This document shows positions 28,596 through 38,278 of a stretch of 64,000 bases of DNA, piece after piece (within the stretch, counting starts at the first letter, position 1; each line of letters opens with the position of its first letter). The translations under genes were made by a program, and so were the position numbers. This stretch comes from Lentisphaerae bacterium GWF2_38_69 (GTDB lineage: Bacteria; Verrucomicrobiota; Lentisphaeria; Victivallales; GWF2-38-69): the NCBI GenBank assembly GCA_001803205.1, contig MHBE01000042.1, positions 10,262 to 74,261 on the forward strand. Reading direction: 5' to 3'. Below the pieces are notes generated by a model. That model had not been told where the DNA came from, searched no databases, and saw only the letters and a program-made list of their open reading frames with translations.

Positions 28596-29414
28596 ATGAT
28601 AAAACTTAAAACATTGGTTAATTTTCTTAATGAAACCCTGGATATTAAGGCTGTTCACAACGATGTCTCAAATAACGGGCTTCAGATACAGGGATGCAAA
28701 GATATTGAAAAGGCTCTTTTCACCGTGGATTTTTCTCTCGAACTTGTGGATTATGCCATAGATCATGATGTTCAATTTATCTTTGTTCATCACGGACAAA
28801 GCTGGGGAAACAGTATGAAATACATCACGGGAAGCAATTACAATAGGATTAAGCCCATGATTGACCATGGCATTTCATTATATGCCGTTCACCTTCCTTT
28901 GGACAGGCATCCAGAGTATGGGCATAATGCTGTTATGTCGAAGATGATAAATTTGCATAATGTTCAACCTTTCTGCGAATACGAAGGGATTAATATCGGG
29001 TTCAAGGGAATTCTATCAGGCGGAATGAGTTTTGACGAATTATCCAAAAAACTTAGATTCGAACTCAATGAGTATATACTGAAGAATTCCAAACCATATC
29101 TTTATAAGCTTGATAACTTTGTTTCCTTGAGTATAAATAACTCAAAAGGTCAGAAATTATCTAAAATAGGGATAGTCTCCGGCGGCGGAAGCAAGGATTC
29201 TGTTTATAGCGCAATATCTGATGGGTTGGACTGTCTCATAACAGGTGAATTCACTCATTCGTCATTCTTCACAGCTAAGGAATCCGGACTTTCTGTTATA
29301 GCTGCGGGCCATTATCTGACTGAGACCCCAGGAGTGATTAGAATGATGCAGCTTGTGGAAAAACACTCACCTGGAATTGAAGTTGAGTTCATCGACATCC
29401 CGACAGGTTTGTAA
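28596..29414 (+). CDS. Nif3-like dinuclear metal centre protein (GTP cyclohydrolase 1 type 2 family)
   Basis: NGLQIQG, FIFVHHG, LYAVHLPLD, and a C-terminal ...AAGHYLTE motif. ATG at 28596 after GGAGGA. Confidence 0.8.
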   Translation: MIKLKTLVNFLNETLDIKAVHNDVSNNGLQIQGCKDIEKALFTVDFSLELVDYAIDHDVQFIFVHHGQSWGNSMKYITGSNYNRIKPMIDHGISLYAVHLPLDRHPEYGHNAVMSKMINLHNVQPFCEYEGINIGFKGILSGGMSFDELSKKLRFELNEYILKNSKPYLYKLDNFVSLSINNSKGQKLSKIGIVSGGGSKDSVYSAISDGLDCLITGEFTHSSFFTAKESGLSVIAAGHYLTETPGVIRMMQLVEKHSPGIEVEFIDIPTGL

Positions 29415-29529
29415 TTTTGAATTGATAATGCAATAATTAAAAAGTTATTAAAAATTGTTTATCTTTTTCGTAAGTTGTAGGATTTATGTATAGTTTAAGA
29501 TAATCAGTTTTAAGACTAAGGAGTCGTGT

Positions 29530-29976
29530 ATGGATTGGAAAGCAGAGTATATCTGGTGCATATTGGGGATATTAATGCTCCTGGCAGAGTTTGCCAACCC
29601 CGGATTTGTAATAATGTTTTTTGGGATAGGGGCACTGGTTGTATCTTCTATTCTTATATTTATCGATTTATCTATCAATGCCCAGATAATCCTTTTTCTT
29701 GTATTCTCTCTTCTTTCCCTCTTTCTTCTAAGGAAATGGGTCAAATCCATTTTTAAAGGAATATCTTCTTCGAAAAATAAAATGCCGGTAAACAGCGAAT
29801 CATTTATCGGTGGAAAAGCCATAGCTGACGGAGATATAATTCCGGGAACCATCGGCAAAGTGGAATTTCACGGAACGAAGTGGAATGCTATATCAACTGA
29901 AAAAATCCTTTCCGGAACAACCGTGATTATAGATAAGCAGGATAATCTCACATTAGAAGTTAAACAAATTAAATAA
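29530..29976 (+). CDS. NfeD-family membrane protein
   Basis: Three TM segments plus a C-terminal OB-like GKVEFHGTKWNAIS. Immediately upstream of an SPFH gene. Confidence 0.8.
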   Translation: MDWKAEYIWCILGILMLLAEFANPGFVIMFFGIGALVVSSILIFIDLSINAQIILFLVFSLLSLFLLRKWVKSIFKGISSSKNKMPVNSESFIGGKAIADGDIIPGTIGKVEFHGTKWNAISTEKILSGTTVIIDKQDNLTLEVKQIK

Positions 29977-29986
29977 AGGAGTTCGT

Positions 29987-30946
29987 GTGAACATTAACCC
30001 TAATACCATCGTCTTATTGGTAATTGTAGTATTTATAATAATACTGCTAGCTAAATGCATCAGAATTGTACCTCAGAAATCAGCTTATATCGTAGAAAGA
30101 CTCGGCAGATACAGAGATACACTTGAAGCCGGTCTCCATGTTCTTCTTCCTATAATGGACAGGATATCCTATATTCATACCCTTAAGGAACAGGCTATTG
30201 ATGTGCCTCCTCAATCATGTATTACAAAAGACAACATAGTTGTAGAAGTTGACGGAATACTGTACATGCAGGTAATTGATCCTAAACTTGCTTCATACGG
30301 GATAAATAACTATGCTTGGGCCTCTATACAGCTCTCACAAACTACTATGAGAAGCGTAATGGGAAAACTCGAACTTGATAAAACTTTTGAAGAAAGAGAA
30401 ACTATCAACAAAAGTATCGTCGAAGCCATAGACAAGGCATCCGAACCATGGGGTGTAAAAGTCACAAGATATGAAGTAAAGAATATTACTCCCCCTCAGA
30501 GCATCAGAGACGCTATGGAAAAACAGATGAGGGCTGAAAGAGAAAAAAGAGCCATTATCGCAGAATCAGAAGGACAGAGACAATCTCAGATTAACAGAGC
30601 TGAAGGTGAAAAGCAGGCAGCGATTGCCAATTCAGAAGGTGAAATGCAGAAACGGATCAATCTCGCTGAAGGTAAATCCATTGAAATAAGGAAGGTCGCT
30701 GATGCCACAGCTACAGGTATTAGAGCTATAGCTAATGCTATTAATGACAAAGGCGGTATGAACGCGGTTAATCTCAGAATCGCTGAACAGTACCTTACAG
30801 AATTCGGAAAGATGGCGAAAACGAATAATTCTATGATTATACCTGCTAACCTTGCTGACATTGCTTCAGTTGTCAAGGTTGCCACAAGCGTTCTGAAAGA
30901 CCAGACAGTTTTAAACGCGTTACAGACTAAAGAGGAACAAGCATAA
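29987..30946 (+). CDS. SPFH/band-7 (stomatin/paraslipin-like) protein
   Basis: IVPQKSAYIVERLGRY, ITKDNIVVEVDGILYMQV, WGVKVTRYEVKNITPP. GTG start after AAGGAG. Confidence 0.88.
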   Translation: MNINPNTIVLLVIVVFIIILLAKCIRIVPQKSAYIVERLGRYRDTLEAGLHVLLPIMDRISYIHTLKEQAIDVPPQSCITKDNIVVEVDGILYMQVIDPKLASYGINNYAWASIQLSQTTMRSVMGKLELDKTFEERETINKSIVEAIDKASEPWGVKVTRYEVKNITPPQSIRDAMEKQMRAEREKRAIIAESEGQRQSQINRAEGEKQAAIANSEGEMQKRINLAEGKSIEIRKVADATATGIRAIANAINDKGGMNAVNLRIAEQYLTEFGKMAKTNNSMIIPANLADIASVVKVATSVLKDQTVLNALQTKEEQA

Positions 30947-30969
30947 TCATAAACTATTAATTTGTATTT

Positions 30970-31377
30970 ATGCTATTTTTGGTACTCGGCATAGTTCTTT
31001 TTGCCATATTTAATGTGCTCGGTTTTCTTTTTGTCAGGAAAGCCGGGTTTTTTATTGGTGTGGAGAGAAAACTCGACTTATCCAAACTCTATTCCGAACT
31101 CAATAAATATTTTGTCAGCGCTATTGTCGTATATTGCGTTTTGACTCTTTTTATTTTGAAAAAATTTCATTTGGGATTGATCGAGTTAACTTTCTGGTAT
31201 CTGATATTTTCAATAATATGTGTCGCCCTTCTCCTTTACTGGCTCTATATTGAGATGGTCAGAAGGAGCTATACAATTCAGGCTGTCAGATTTATGATTT
31301 TATCGAGTGCGATGAAGAATCTGGGGTTTATCTCAATAATTTTCGGAATAGCGCAATATTTAGAAAAATTCAGGTAG
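30970..31377 (+). CDS. Hypothetical polytopic membrane protein
   Basis: Four hydrophobic segments. No motif recognised. Confidence 0.45.
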   Translation: MLFLVLGIVLFAIFNVLGFLFVRKAGFFIGVERKLDLSKLYSELNKYFVSAIVVYCVLTLFILKKFHLGLIELTFWYLIFSIICVALLLYWLYIEMVRRSYTIQAVRFMILSSAMKNLGFISIIFGIAQYLEKFR

Positions 31378-31381
31378 CTGT

Positions 31382-31888
31382 ATGTATTGTCCAAAGTGCG
31401 GAAAACAAAACTTTATTGAGGATTCGTTTAAATCCTTCAAATGCAAAGATTGTTCCTTCAGTGTTTTTATGAATGCCGGAGCAGCTGTTGTAGCTATCAT
31501 AAGAAACGAGGATAATGAAGTTCTCTTTACGGTAAGAAAGCATAACCCTTTTGCGGGGATGCTTGATTTGCCAGGAGGTTTTGTTGATTATGAGGAGAAT
31601 GCTGAAGATGCCTTAAAGCGAGAAGTTAAGGAAGAATTGAATCTTGATATATATGACATTAAGTATCTACTTTCACTTCCAAATATTTATGAATTTGAAG
31701 GAATAGCCTACCATACTTTAGATTTGGCTTTTACCTGCAAAGTTAAGGACTTTCTTACTATCAGGACAGACGACGATGTTTCCGGATTCAAATTCATTTC
31801 GAGGAAAATGGTTCTAATTGATGATATAGGCTTACGATCTGTGAAGGAAATCGTCGGAATTCTGAAAGGTGTTACTAGAGAGATTTAA
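31382..31888 (+). CDS. NUDIX hydrolase with N-terminal zinc ribbon
   Basis: CPKCG...CKDC, then Nudix box GGFVDYEENAEDALKREVKEELNL. Confidence 0.85.
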   Translation: MYCPKCGKQNFIEDSFKSFKCKDCSFSVFMNAGAAVVAIIRNEDNEVLFTVRKHNPFAGMLDLPGGFVDYEENAEDALKREVKEELNLDIYDIKYLLSLPNIYEFEGIAYHTLDLAFTCKVKDFLTIRTDDDVSGFKFISRKMVLIDDIGLRSVKEIVGILKGVTREI

Positions 31889-32201
31889 GAGCCAGTTCCT
31901 TCGTCTCATATATTTTGAATATTTTGTCAAATCCTGAAACTTTGAATATTCCAAAGATAGATGGAGACATGGATGACAAGACTATCTGTCCACCTGTTTT
32001 CTGGAGCTTTTTGGCTAATGATAATATTATTCTAAGACCGAAACTCGAGATATACTCTGTTTTTGAGAAATCGCACAGAACTTTATTTGTACCGTCTTTA
32101 ATACAGTTCATACAGCATGTTTCTATATCCATTGCTGCGGCAGTATCAAATTTTGATGGAAGCAATATACATTTTACATTGTTTTCAGAAGTAACTTTCA
32201 T
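31875..32201 (-). CDS. STAS-domain protein (anti-sigma-factor antagonist-like)
   Basis: VLCDFSKTEYISSFGLRIILSL. Lies 9 nt downstream of the CDF transporter gene on the same strand. Confidence 0.75.
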   Translation of the reverse strand: MKVTSENNVKCILLPSKFDTAAAMDIETCCMNCIKDGTNKVLCDFSKTEYISSFGLRIILSLAKKLQKTGGQIVLSSMSPSIFGIFKVSGFDKIFKIYETKELALKSL

Positions 32202-32210
32202 ATTAATTCC

Positions 32211-33158
32211 TCAATTATTTTTATAAGGGCATACCAGACTGTTTTTTTCATAAACACAGTCCATGTCGCACGGTTCCATTTTGATAATAACTTCGCAGTC
32301 TTGGATATCAGCTTTGATATCTTTTTCAATGTCAGAGATAATCTTATGTCCAGCTGCAATAGGAATATCATGAGGCATTACAAGTTTAAATTCTACAAAG
32401 TGTTTCCTGCCTGCACAACGGGTTTTTATGTCTTTAAAATCACAAAACTTATCGGTATAGGAAGAAAGCATTTTTAATATTCCCATTTGTCCTTGTTCTT
32501 CTATGGAAGAATCCAGAAGCTTAAAAAATGCTTCTTTTGCTAAATGGAAGGAAGGAATCAGAATCATTACGCTTGCTATAATAGTAGCCAGAGAGTCCAC
32601 ATAAAAATCCAGATGTTCAAGTTTAAAAAATCTAAGGAATAAAACTATGACAAATGAAATAGCGATTGCCAGTGAGATGTACCCTTCAAGTTTGTAATGA
32701 AGCCCTTCTGCTTTTATAGCAGGGGATTTACTCTTTTCACCTAGCTTAATGATAAAATGAGCTCCAAACAAGTTAACCAGCACGCTTATGATACTGCATA
32801 TAAGCCCTACGCTAAGGATTTGGTGGCGCATTGGATGATCGAACAAATTTGTGATTGCCTGAACAATCATGAATAAGCCTAATCCAGTTAAGGCTATTCC
32901 TTCCATGGCTTCGCAAATATTTTCTATTTTCCCGTAACCATAATTGTAAAGTACATCAGCCGGCTTATTAGAAACTTTTACGGCATGATACAGAATTATT
33001 GAAATGATAAGGCCGACAAGAGATATGCCTAAATCGGTAAGTATTGCTAATGAATTTATAATAAATAGAGTAGCTGTTTTTACAAGAAACAGAAAGATAT
33101 TCCCGAACAGACTGATTTTTGCAGCCTGCAACATGTATACTTCATTGTTTTCGGCCAT
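32211..33158 (-). CDS. Cation diffusion facilitator family transporter
   Basis: Six TM segments, with LAILTDLGISLVGLI and HYKLEGYISLAI in CDF-typical positions. C-terminal cytoplasmic domain. Confidence 0.8.
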   Translation of the reverse strand: MAENNEVYMLQAAKISLFGNIFLFLVKTATLFIINSLAILTDLGISLVGLIISIILYHAVKVSNKPADVLYNYGYGKIENICEAMEGIALTGLGLFMIVQAITNLFDHPMRHQILSVGLICSIISVLVNLFGAHFIIKLGEKSKSPAIKAEGLHYKLEGYISLAIAISFVIVLFLRFFKLEHLDFYVDSLATIIASVMILIPSFHLAKEAFFKLLDSSIEEQGQMGILKMLSSYTDKFCDFKDIKTRCAGRKHFVEFKLVMPHDIPIAAGHKIISDIEKDIKADIQDCEVIIKMEPCDMDCVYEKNSLVCPYKNN

Positions 33159-33368
33159 AGAGGGGGAAAGATTTTATTAAATTATAACTAATTTTAAGTC
33201 AGGTAAAAACTATAATTTAAAAGTTATTTTTCAATGATTTTTTGTTAAATTGAATGAATATTAACTGGATAACGCTTTGACTCTGATCAGTTCTCTCGTA
33301 GACTCAATGAAATTAGCCATATACATTAAAGATGCGAGTCTTAAATTCCTTATCGCCATTAATTTCTG

Positions 33369-33632
33369 TCACATATAAATGACTGTTACTCCGCTGTCGC
33401 CTGGTATATTCATATCTTCTCCATAAATTGTTCCCTTAATATACTCAGAAGCAGCTAGATGTTTTCTTATACCGTTTCTTAAAATTCCTTCTCCGTGACC
33501 ATGAATTATCATAATGCTGTTGTACTTTCCGGAATAAAGGGCTTTTTCAATATTCATCAAAGCTTCATCAAGGTTTTGCCCATGAAGATCAAGGATACAA
33601 TCATAATTGAATTTGCGCGTATTCTTTTTCAT
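33369..33632 (-). CDS. Smr-domain protein
   Basis: LDLHGQNLDEAL...IIHGHGEGILR. Confidence 0.8.
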   Translation of the reverse strand: MKKNTRKFNYDCILDLHGQNLDEALMNIEKALYSGKYNSIMIIHGHGEGILRNGIRKHLAASEYIKGTIYGEDMNIPGDSGVTVIYM

Positions 33633-33774
33633 AAAGCATTCTGAGTTATAAGGCTATTTTCTTTTATTATGTTAAGTTAAGCTATTGTAAGAAACCGTTT
33701 TTTTCCTTATCATTTCTATATATTGTTCGTTTATTTAAATAGAAAAACATCAAAAAAAACAAGGGTAAAGGGAA

Positions 33775-35136
33775 ATGAGTACAAAGACAAAAACAACTAC
33801 TGCCTACGACGAATTTGTAAGTTACCTTGAGAAGATCTTCGCTGTTTCGACTGATGAGGTAAAAGTTATAATCAAGGATTTTCATTCTGAAATGCAGAAA
33901 GGCCTTTCGGGCTTTGAAAGCTCTCTCAAGATGCTTCCTTCATTTACAGATAGAGCAAAGGGAATTGAAAAAGGAAAATTTATAGCTTTAGACCTTGGGG
34001 GAACAAACTTCAGAGTTATCGCAGTCGACCTCGATGGCAAAGGCGGAACTACTATAGTAGGCGTAAATAAATATGTTATAGATAAACAGTATATGGAAGG
34101 TTCCGGAGAACAGCTTTTTGATTTCATCGCAAACTGTATAAAGGGTTTCATGGAAGGGAAAAATATTCCTTTAGATAAGAAATTGGAACTTGCTTTTACT
34201 TTCTCATTTCCTGTAGAACAGACTAATGTTGCTGCTGGAAAACTTCTTACATGGACAAAAGGTTTTACAGCTTCAGGTGTAGTAGGCGAAGACATAGTGG
34301 TACTTCTGAATGAAGCGTTAAGAAAGATAGGAATCAAAAACTTGAAAGTTGCAGCTTTGGTCAATGACACTGTCGGAACCCTTGTGGCTAAAAGTTATAC
34401 AGAACCATCTTGCGATGTGGGAGTGATTCTGGGAACCGGAACAAATGCCTGTTATCCTGAAAAAATAATTAATATCAGGAAATGGAGAGGCATGCCGCCA
34501 AAAGGCAACATGATTATCAATATGGAATGGGGCAATTTTGATAAGCTGTTTGTCTCTCCTTATGATAAGGACATTGATGCAGCTAGTCCGAATCCCGGAA
34601 AGCATAGGCTTGAAAAAATGGTTTCAGGAATGTTCCTTGGTGAAATTCTGAGAGTTGTTGTAAGAGATCTTATCAAGAGAGATTTGATATTCAAAGATGA
34701 GAGCGCGACGAACCTCTTTTCCAAAAACGGTTCACTTAAAACTGAAAATATGTCAAATATCGAAGCTGATACCAGCGATAATCTTGGCGAAGTAGAAGCT
34801 TTTATTTCCAAACATAATGTAAAAAATATTGATCAGAACTCCAAGGATCTTCTAAAGCATGTAAGCAAACTCGTTTCAAAAAGATCAGCCAGACTTTCGG
34901 CTGCTGCAATAGCGTCAGTCGTACTCTGGATGGATCCAGAGCTTAAGAATAAACATGTCATTGGTATTGACGGTTCTCTCTTTGAAAAGTATCCGGGTTA
35001 CAAGGATATGATGGAAGAAGTATTTATTGAGCTTTTCAAGACGCATGCAAAAAACATAGTATGCGAACATGCCAGAGATGGTTCAGGCGTAGGCGCAGCT
35101 ATTATAGCAGCTATAGCAGCTTCAACTGAAGGCTGA
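33775..35136 (+). CDS. Hexokinase (eukaryote-type hexokinase family)
   Basis: ALDLGGTNFRV, TFSFP, LVNDTVGTL, GTGTNACY, INMEWGNF, DGSLFEKYP. Confidence 0.88.
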   Translation: MSTKTKTTTAYDEFVSYLEKIFAVSTDEVKVIIKDFHSEMQKGLSGFESSLKMLPSFTDRAKGIEKGKFIALDLGGTNFRVIAVDLDGKGGTTIVGVNKYVIDKQYMEGSGEQLFDFIANCIKGFMEGKNIPLDKKLELAFTFSFPVEQTNVAAGKLLTWTKGFTASGVVGEDIVVLLNEALRKIGIKNLKVAALVNDTVGTLVAKSYTEPSCDVGVILGTGTNACYPEKIINIRKWRGMPPKGNMIINMEWGNFDKLFVSPYDKDIDAASPNPGKHRLEKMVSGMFLGEILRVVVRDLIKRDLIFKDESATNLFSKNGSLKTENMSNIEADTSDNLGEVEAFISKHNVKNIDQNSKDLLKHVSKLVSKRSARLSAAAIASVVLWMDPELKNKHVIGIDGSLFEKYPGYKDMMEEVFIELFKTHAKNIVCEHARDGSGVGAAIIAAIAASTEG

Positions 35137-35167
35137 ATATAATAAAGTCCGAAACATGAATATCGAA

Positions 35168-35200
35168 ATTCTAAACAAATTCATTGAGTTTGTTTAGAAT
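35168..35200. terminator. Perfect 12-bp stem hairpin between convergent genes
   Basis: attctaaacaaa-ttcattgag-tttgtttagaat, followed by tttgtgcttt. Confidence 0.6.
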
Positions 35201-35213
35201 TTTGTGCTTTGTA

Positions 35214-35903
35214 TTAGACGCTGAACATTATTTCGATGATTTCAAAAGGCTGGATTTTATAGTCGCGATTTACAGCTCTTACCAGTCCCTTGGCCTTGCA
35301 GTCGTTGAAATTGTGGCACTTTAGATAATCTTCAAAAGAAACAATGTCGGCTCGTATAAATCCTCTTGCTAGGTCTGTATGTATTTTTCCGGCGCAAATG
35401 ACTATGTCAGAATCCTTCTTAATTATCCAGGCGTGAGATTCCTTTGGGCCGGTTGTGTAGAAGAAAGTATAGCCGGCCTTGTCAAATGCTTTTGTTATGA
35501 TTGCGTTGGGGTCTTCTTCATTGTTAACTTTAAGAATTGGTTTCACAGAAATTAAGGCTGAAAGCTGAAGAAACGCAAGCTCTTCTTCCGTGAAATTCAT
35601 ATCACAGAGGGGAATTTCCTGCTCCAGAGAAGTCTGGCATTGTGCCAGGAGTTCTTTTTCTTTAGTGTCGTTGGTCCTTGTAAGTCTTGTTTCTATTTTT
35701 TCCATGTCCAGAATGAGTATATCAAGAATTTTGTCTGACGGGACTACTATGACATCCGCATGAGTGAATTCATCTTTAATGAATTCTACAAAATATGGAG
35801 ATACTTTCTTGGGTTTGTCCTTCTTCTCAAGTGCAATTAAGTTCTGGTCGATATACTTGAGTTTCCCTTCCTGTAGAGTTATTCCTGTGAATCCTATTTT
35901 CAT
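35214..35903 (-). CDS. YchF-related protein retaining the coiled-coil and TGS/DUF933 C-terminal domains but lacking a functional G domain
   Basis: GKIHTDLARGFIRADIVSFEDY...DYKIQPFEIIEIMFSV aligns by eye with the E. coli YchF C-terminus. The N-terminus MKIGFTGITLQEGKL replaces GLPNVGKST. It is 229 aa versus about 363 aa. Confidence 0.7.
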   Translation of the reverse strand: MKIGFTGITLQEGKLKYIDQNLIALEKKDKPKKVSPYFVEFIKDEFTHADVIVVPSDKILDILILDMEKIETRLTRTNDTKEKELLAQCQTSLEQEIPLCDMNFTEEELAFLQLSALISVKPILKVNNEEDPNAIITKAFDKAGYTFFYTTGPKESHAWIIKKDSDIVICAGKIHTDLARGFIRADIVSFEDYLKCHNFNDCKAKGLVRAVNRDYKIQPFEIIEIMFSV

Positions 35904-35989
35904 TTTTGCCTTATTATATTATTGTTTAAAAGTATTTATAAAAACTATATAAAACTAATCGCGCTTGCGAAAATGGCCAGTTAAACCAT

Positions 35990-36496
35990 ATGGATAAGTT
36001 TAATAATATTAATTTGCTGGATATAACATCTGATGACGAGTACTTCATGCTTCTGGCTATCAAGGAGTCTCTGAAAGCTTATGAAATAGGGGAAGTGCCG
36101 GTAGGAGCCGTTGCAGTTAAGGAAGGCAAAGTCATTGCCAGAGCCTATAACCAGATAGAAAAGCTCAAAGATGCTACTGCCCATGCGGAAATGCTTCTTA
36201 TCACTCAGGTCTCTTCATACCTGGGAGACTGGAGATTAAATGATGTAACTATTTATGTAACAAAAGAACCATGCCCAATGTGCGCGGGAGCGATGGTTAA
36301 TGCTAAGTTGGGTAAATTAATTTATGGCATGAAAGATCCTAAGTATGGAGCCGCCGGGACGGCTCTGGACATTACAAATTTCCCGACAGCTCTTCATAAA
36401 GTTGATGTTCTGGGAGGTTTTTTGGAAGATAAATGCCTGGAAATATTCCAATCTTTCTTCAGAGAACTGAGAAAAGAGAACATTTCCAGGCCGTAA
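35990..36496 (+). CDS. tadA: tRNA adenosine(34) deaminase
   Basis: HAEMLLI and PCPMCAGA deaminase zinc motifs. Confidence 0.9.
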   Translation: MDKFNNINLLDITSDDEYFMLLAIKESLKAYEIGEVPVGAVAVKEGKVIARAYNQIEKLKDATAHAEMLLITQVSSYLGDWRLNDVTIYVTKEPCPMCAGAMVNAKLGKLIYGMKDPKYGAAGTALDITNFPTALHKVDVLGGFLEDKCLEIFQSFFRELRKENISRP

Positions 36497-36545
36497 AAAG
36501 AACTAGTTTCCTTGAGGTTTTTCGTAACTTTGGAGCTTGCCGTAA

Positions 36546-36577
36546 TATCCTGCATCTTTCAGGAAGGATGCAGGATA
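36546..36577. terminator. 11-bp stem hairpin between convergent tadA and pruA
   Basis: tatcctgcatc-tttcaggaag-gatgcaggata. No strong T-run on either side. Confidence 0.4.
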
Positions 36578-36623
36578 ACTTATAAGTTTAGAATTTCCCT
36601 TCTCAGAAATTATGTACTGAAAA

Positions 36624-38261
36624 TTATACTTCTTCTTTCATATGGGGATATCTGAAATCAACGGGAGGCTCGAAAGTTTCTTTGAGGGTTCTGATAGTTA
36701 CCCATCTGAGAAGATTAATTTTACTTCCTGCCTTGTCATTAGTTCCGCTTGCTCTGGATCCTCCGAACGGCTGTTGCCCGACTACTGCCCCGGTTGGTTT
36801 GTCATTGATATAGAAATTTCCGGCAGCATGCTCGAGAGCTCTAGCCATCTTGTTGATTACATTTCTGTTTTTTGCAAAAATAGCTCCTGTAAGGGCATAA
36901 GGACTTGTTTTGTCAATCAGGGTAAGGGTTTCATCAAGTTTTTCATCATCATAGATATAGCATGTCAGAACGGGTCCGAATATTTCTTCTGCCATAGTTT
37001 TGAATCGCGGGTTTGAAGTGAGAATGACTGTAGGTTCAATGTAATAACCTTTGCTGTCATCATAGTTGCCACCGCATAGGATTTCAGCATCAGAAGCATC
37101 TCTTGCAAAGTCAATGTAGGATTTGATGTTGGCAAAAGAGTTTTTGTCTATTACAGCGCTCATGAAGTTAGTGAAATCTGTGACATCGCCCATTTTGATT
37201 TCCTTTATCATCTTAAGCATAGCCGTCCATATTTCATTCCACTGTGATTTCGGGAAGTAAGCGCGGCTTAGGGCTGAGCACTTCTGTCCCTGATATTCAA
37301 AAGCTCCTCTTACGCATGCAGTAGCAAGGGCTTGAATGTCGCAGTCGTTATGGGCAATCAAAAAGTCTTTTCCACCTGTTTCCCCGACCAGTCGTGGGTA
37401 AATCCAGTATTTTCTGATATTTTCGCCTATTGTTTTCCAGATATGTCCAAAAGTTTCTGTAGAACCGGTAAAATGCACTCCAGCCATGCTTACATGTTCA
37501 ATAGCTACTTTGCTGAGAGTGGCTCCGCTGCATGGGATGAAATTGATTACACCATCAGGAAGACCGGCATCCATGAGAAGTTTCATGAAGTAGTAGGAGG
37601 AGAGAATAGATGTACTGGCAGGTTTCCACAAAATTACATTCCCAAGCATGGCAGGAGAAGTTGGGAGATTTCCCGCGATTGCCGTAAAGTTAAAAGGTGT
37701 AATGGCTACAACAAACCCCTCCAGAGGCAAATATTCCAGTCTGTTCCAGACGCCCTTTGGGCTGATAGGGGGCTGTTCGCTGTAGATTTCGTGCATGTAC
37801 TTGACATTGAAGTTCAGGAAATCAGTAAGTTCGCATGCTGCATCTATTTCTGCCTGATAGACTGTTTTTCCCTGTCCAATCATCGTGGCAGCATTAAGTT
37901 TATAGCGCCATGAAGAGCTGATCATTTCGGCTGCTTTGAGGAATATAGCAGCTCTCTCCTGCCAAGGAAGGGCAGCCCATTTTTCTCTTGCTTTCAATGA
38001 AGTCTCGATAGCAAGTTCGACCAGTTCGGGTGAGGCAATATGATAGTGTCCCAATTTTCTTGAGTGATTTGAAGGTGACTTTAGTTCAGCTGTTTGATTG
38101 GTTCTATACTCTTTTCCTCCGATAATTACAGGTATATCAATTTGACTGGAACAAATTTCATCCAGTGCCTGTTTCTGGAGTTTTCGCTCGATAGATCCTG
38201 GAGCGTAACTTTTTACAGTTTCGTTTTTTGGGGGAGGCGGGACAAAGATACCGTTAGCCAT
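36624..38261 (-). CDS. pruA: L-glutamate gamma-semialdehyde (1-pyrroline-5-carboxylate) dehydrogenase
   Basis: Aldehyde dehydrogenase motifs VGETGGKDF and FEYQGQKCSA. The length and N-terminus are typical of PruA/RocA. Confidence 0.85.
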   Translation of the reverse strand: MANGIFVPPPPKNETVKSYAPGSIERKLQKQALDEICSSQIDIPVIIGGKEYRTNQTAELKSPSNHSRKLGHYHIASPELVELAIETSLKAREKWAALPWQERAAIFLKAAEMISSSWRYKLNAATMIGQGKTVYQAEIDAACELTDFLNFNVKYMHEIYSEQPPISPKGVWNRLEYLPLEGFVVAITPFNFTAIAGNLPTSPAMLGNVILWKPASTSILSSYYFMKLLMDAGLPDGVINFIPCSGATLSKVAIEHVSMAGVHFTGSTETFGHIWKTIGENIRKYWIYPRLVGETGGKDFLIAHNDCDIQALATACVRGAFEYQGQKCSALSRAYFPKSQWNEIWTAMLKMIKEIKMGDVTDFTNFMSAVIDKNSFANIKSYIDFARDASDAEILCGGNYDDSKGYYIEPTVILTSNPRFKTMAEEIFGPVLTCYIYDDEKLDETLTLIDKTSPYALTGAIFAKNRNVINKMARALEHAAGNFYINDKPTGAVVGQQPFGGSRASGTNDKAGSKINLLRWVTIRTLKETFEPPVDFRYPHMKEEV

Positions 38262-38278
38262 AGTTATACCTCTGTAAT

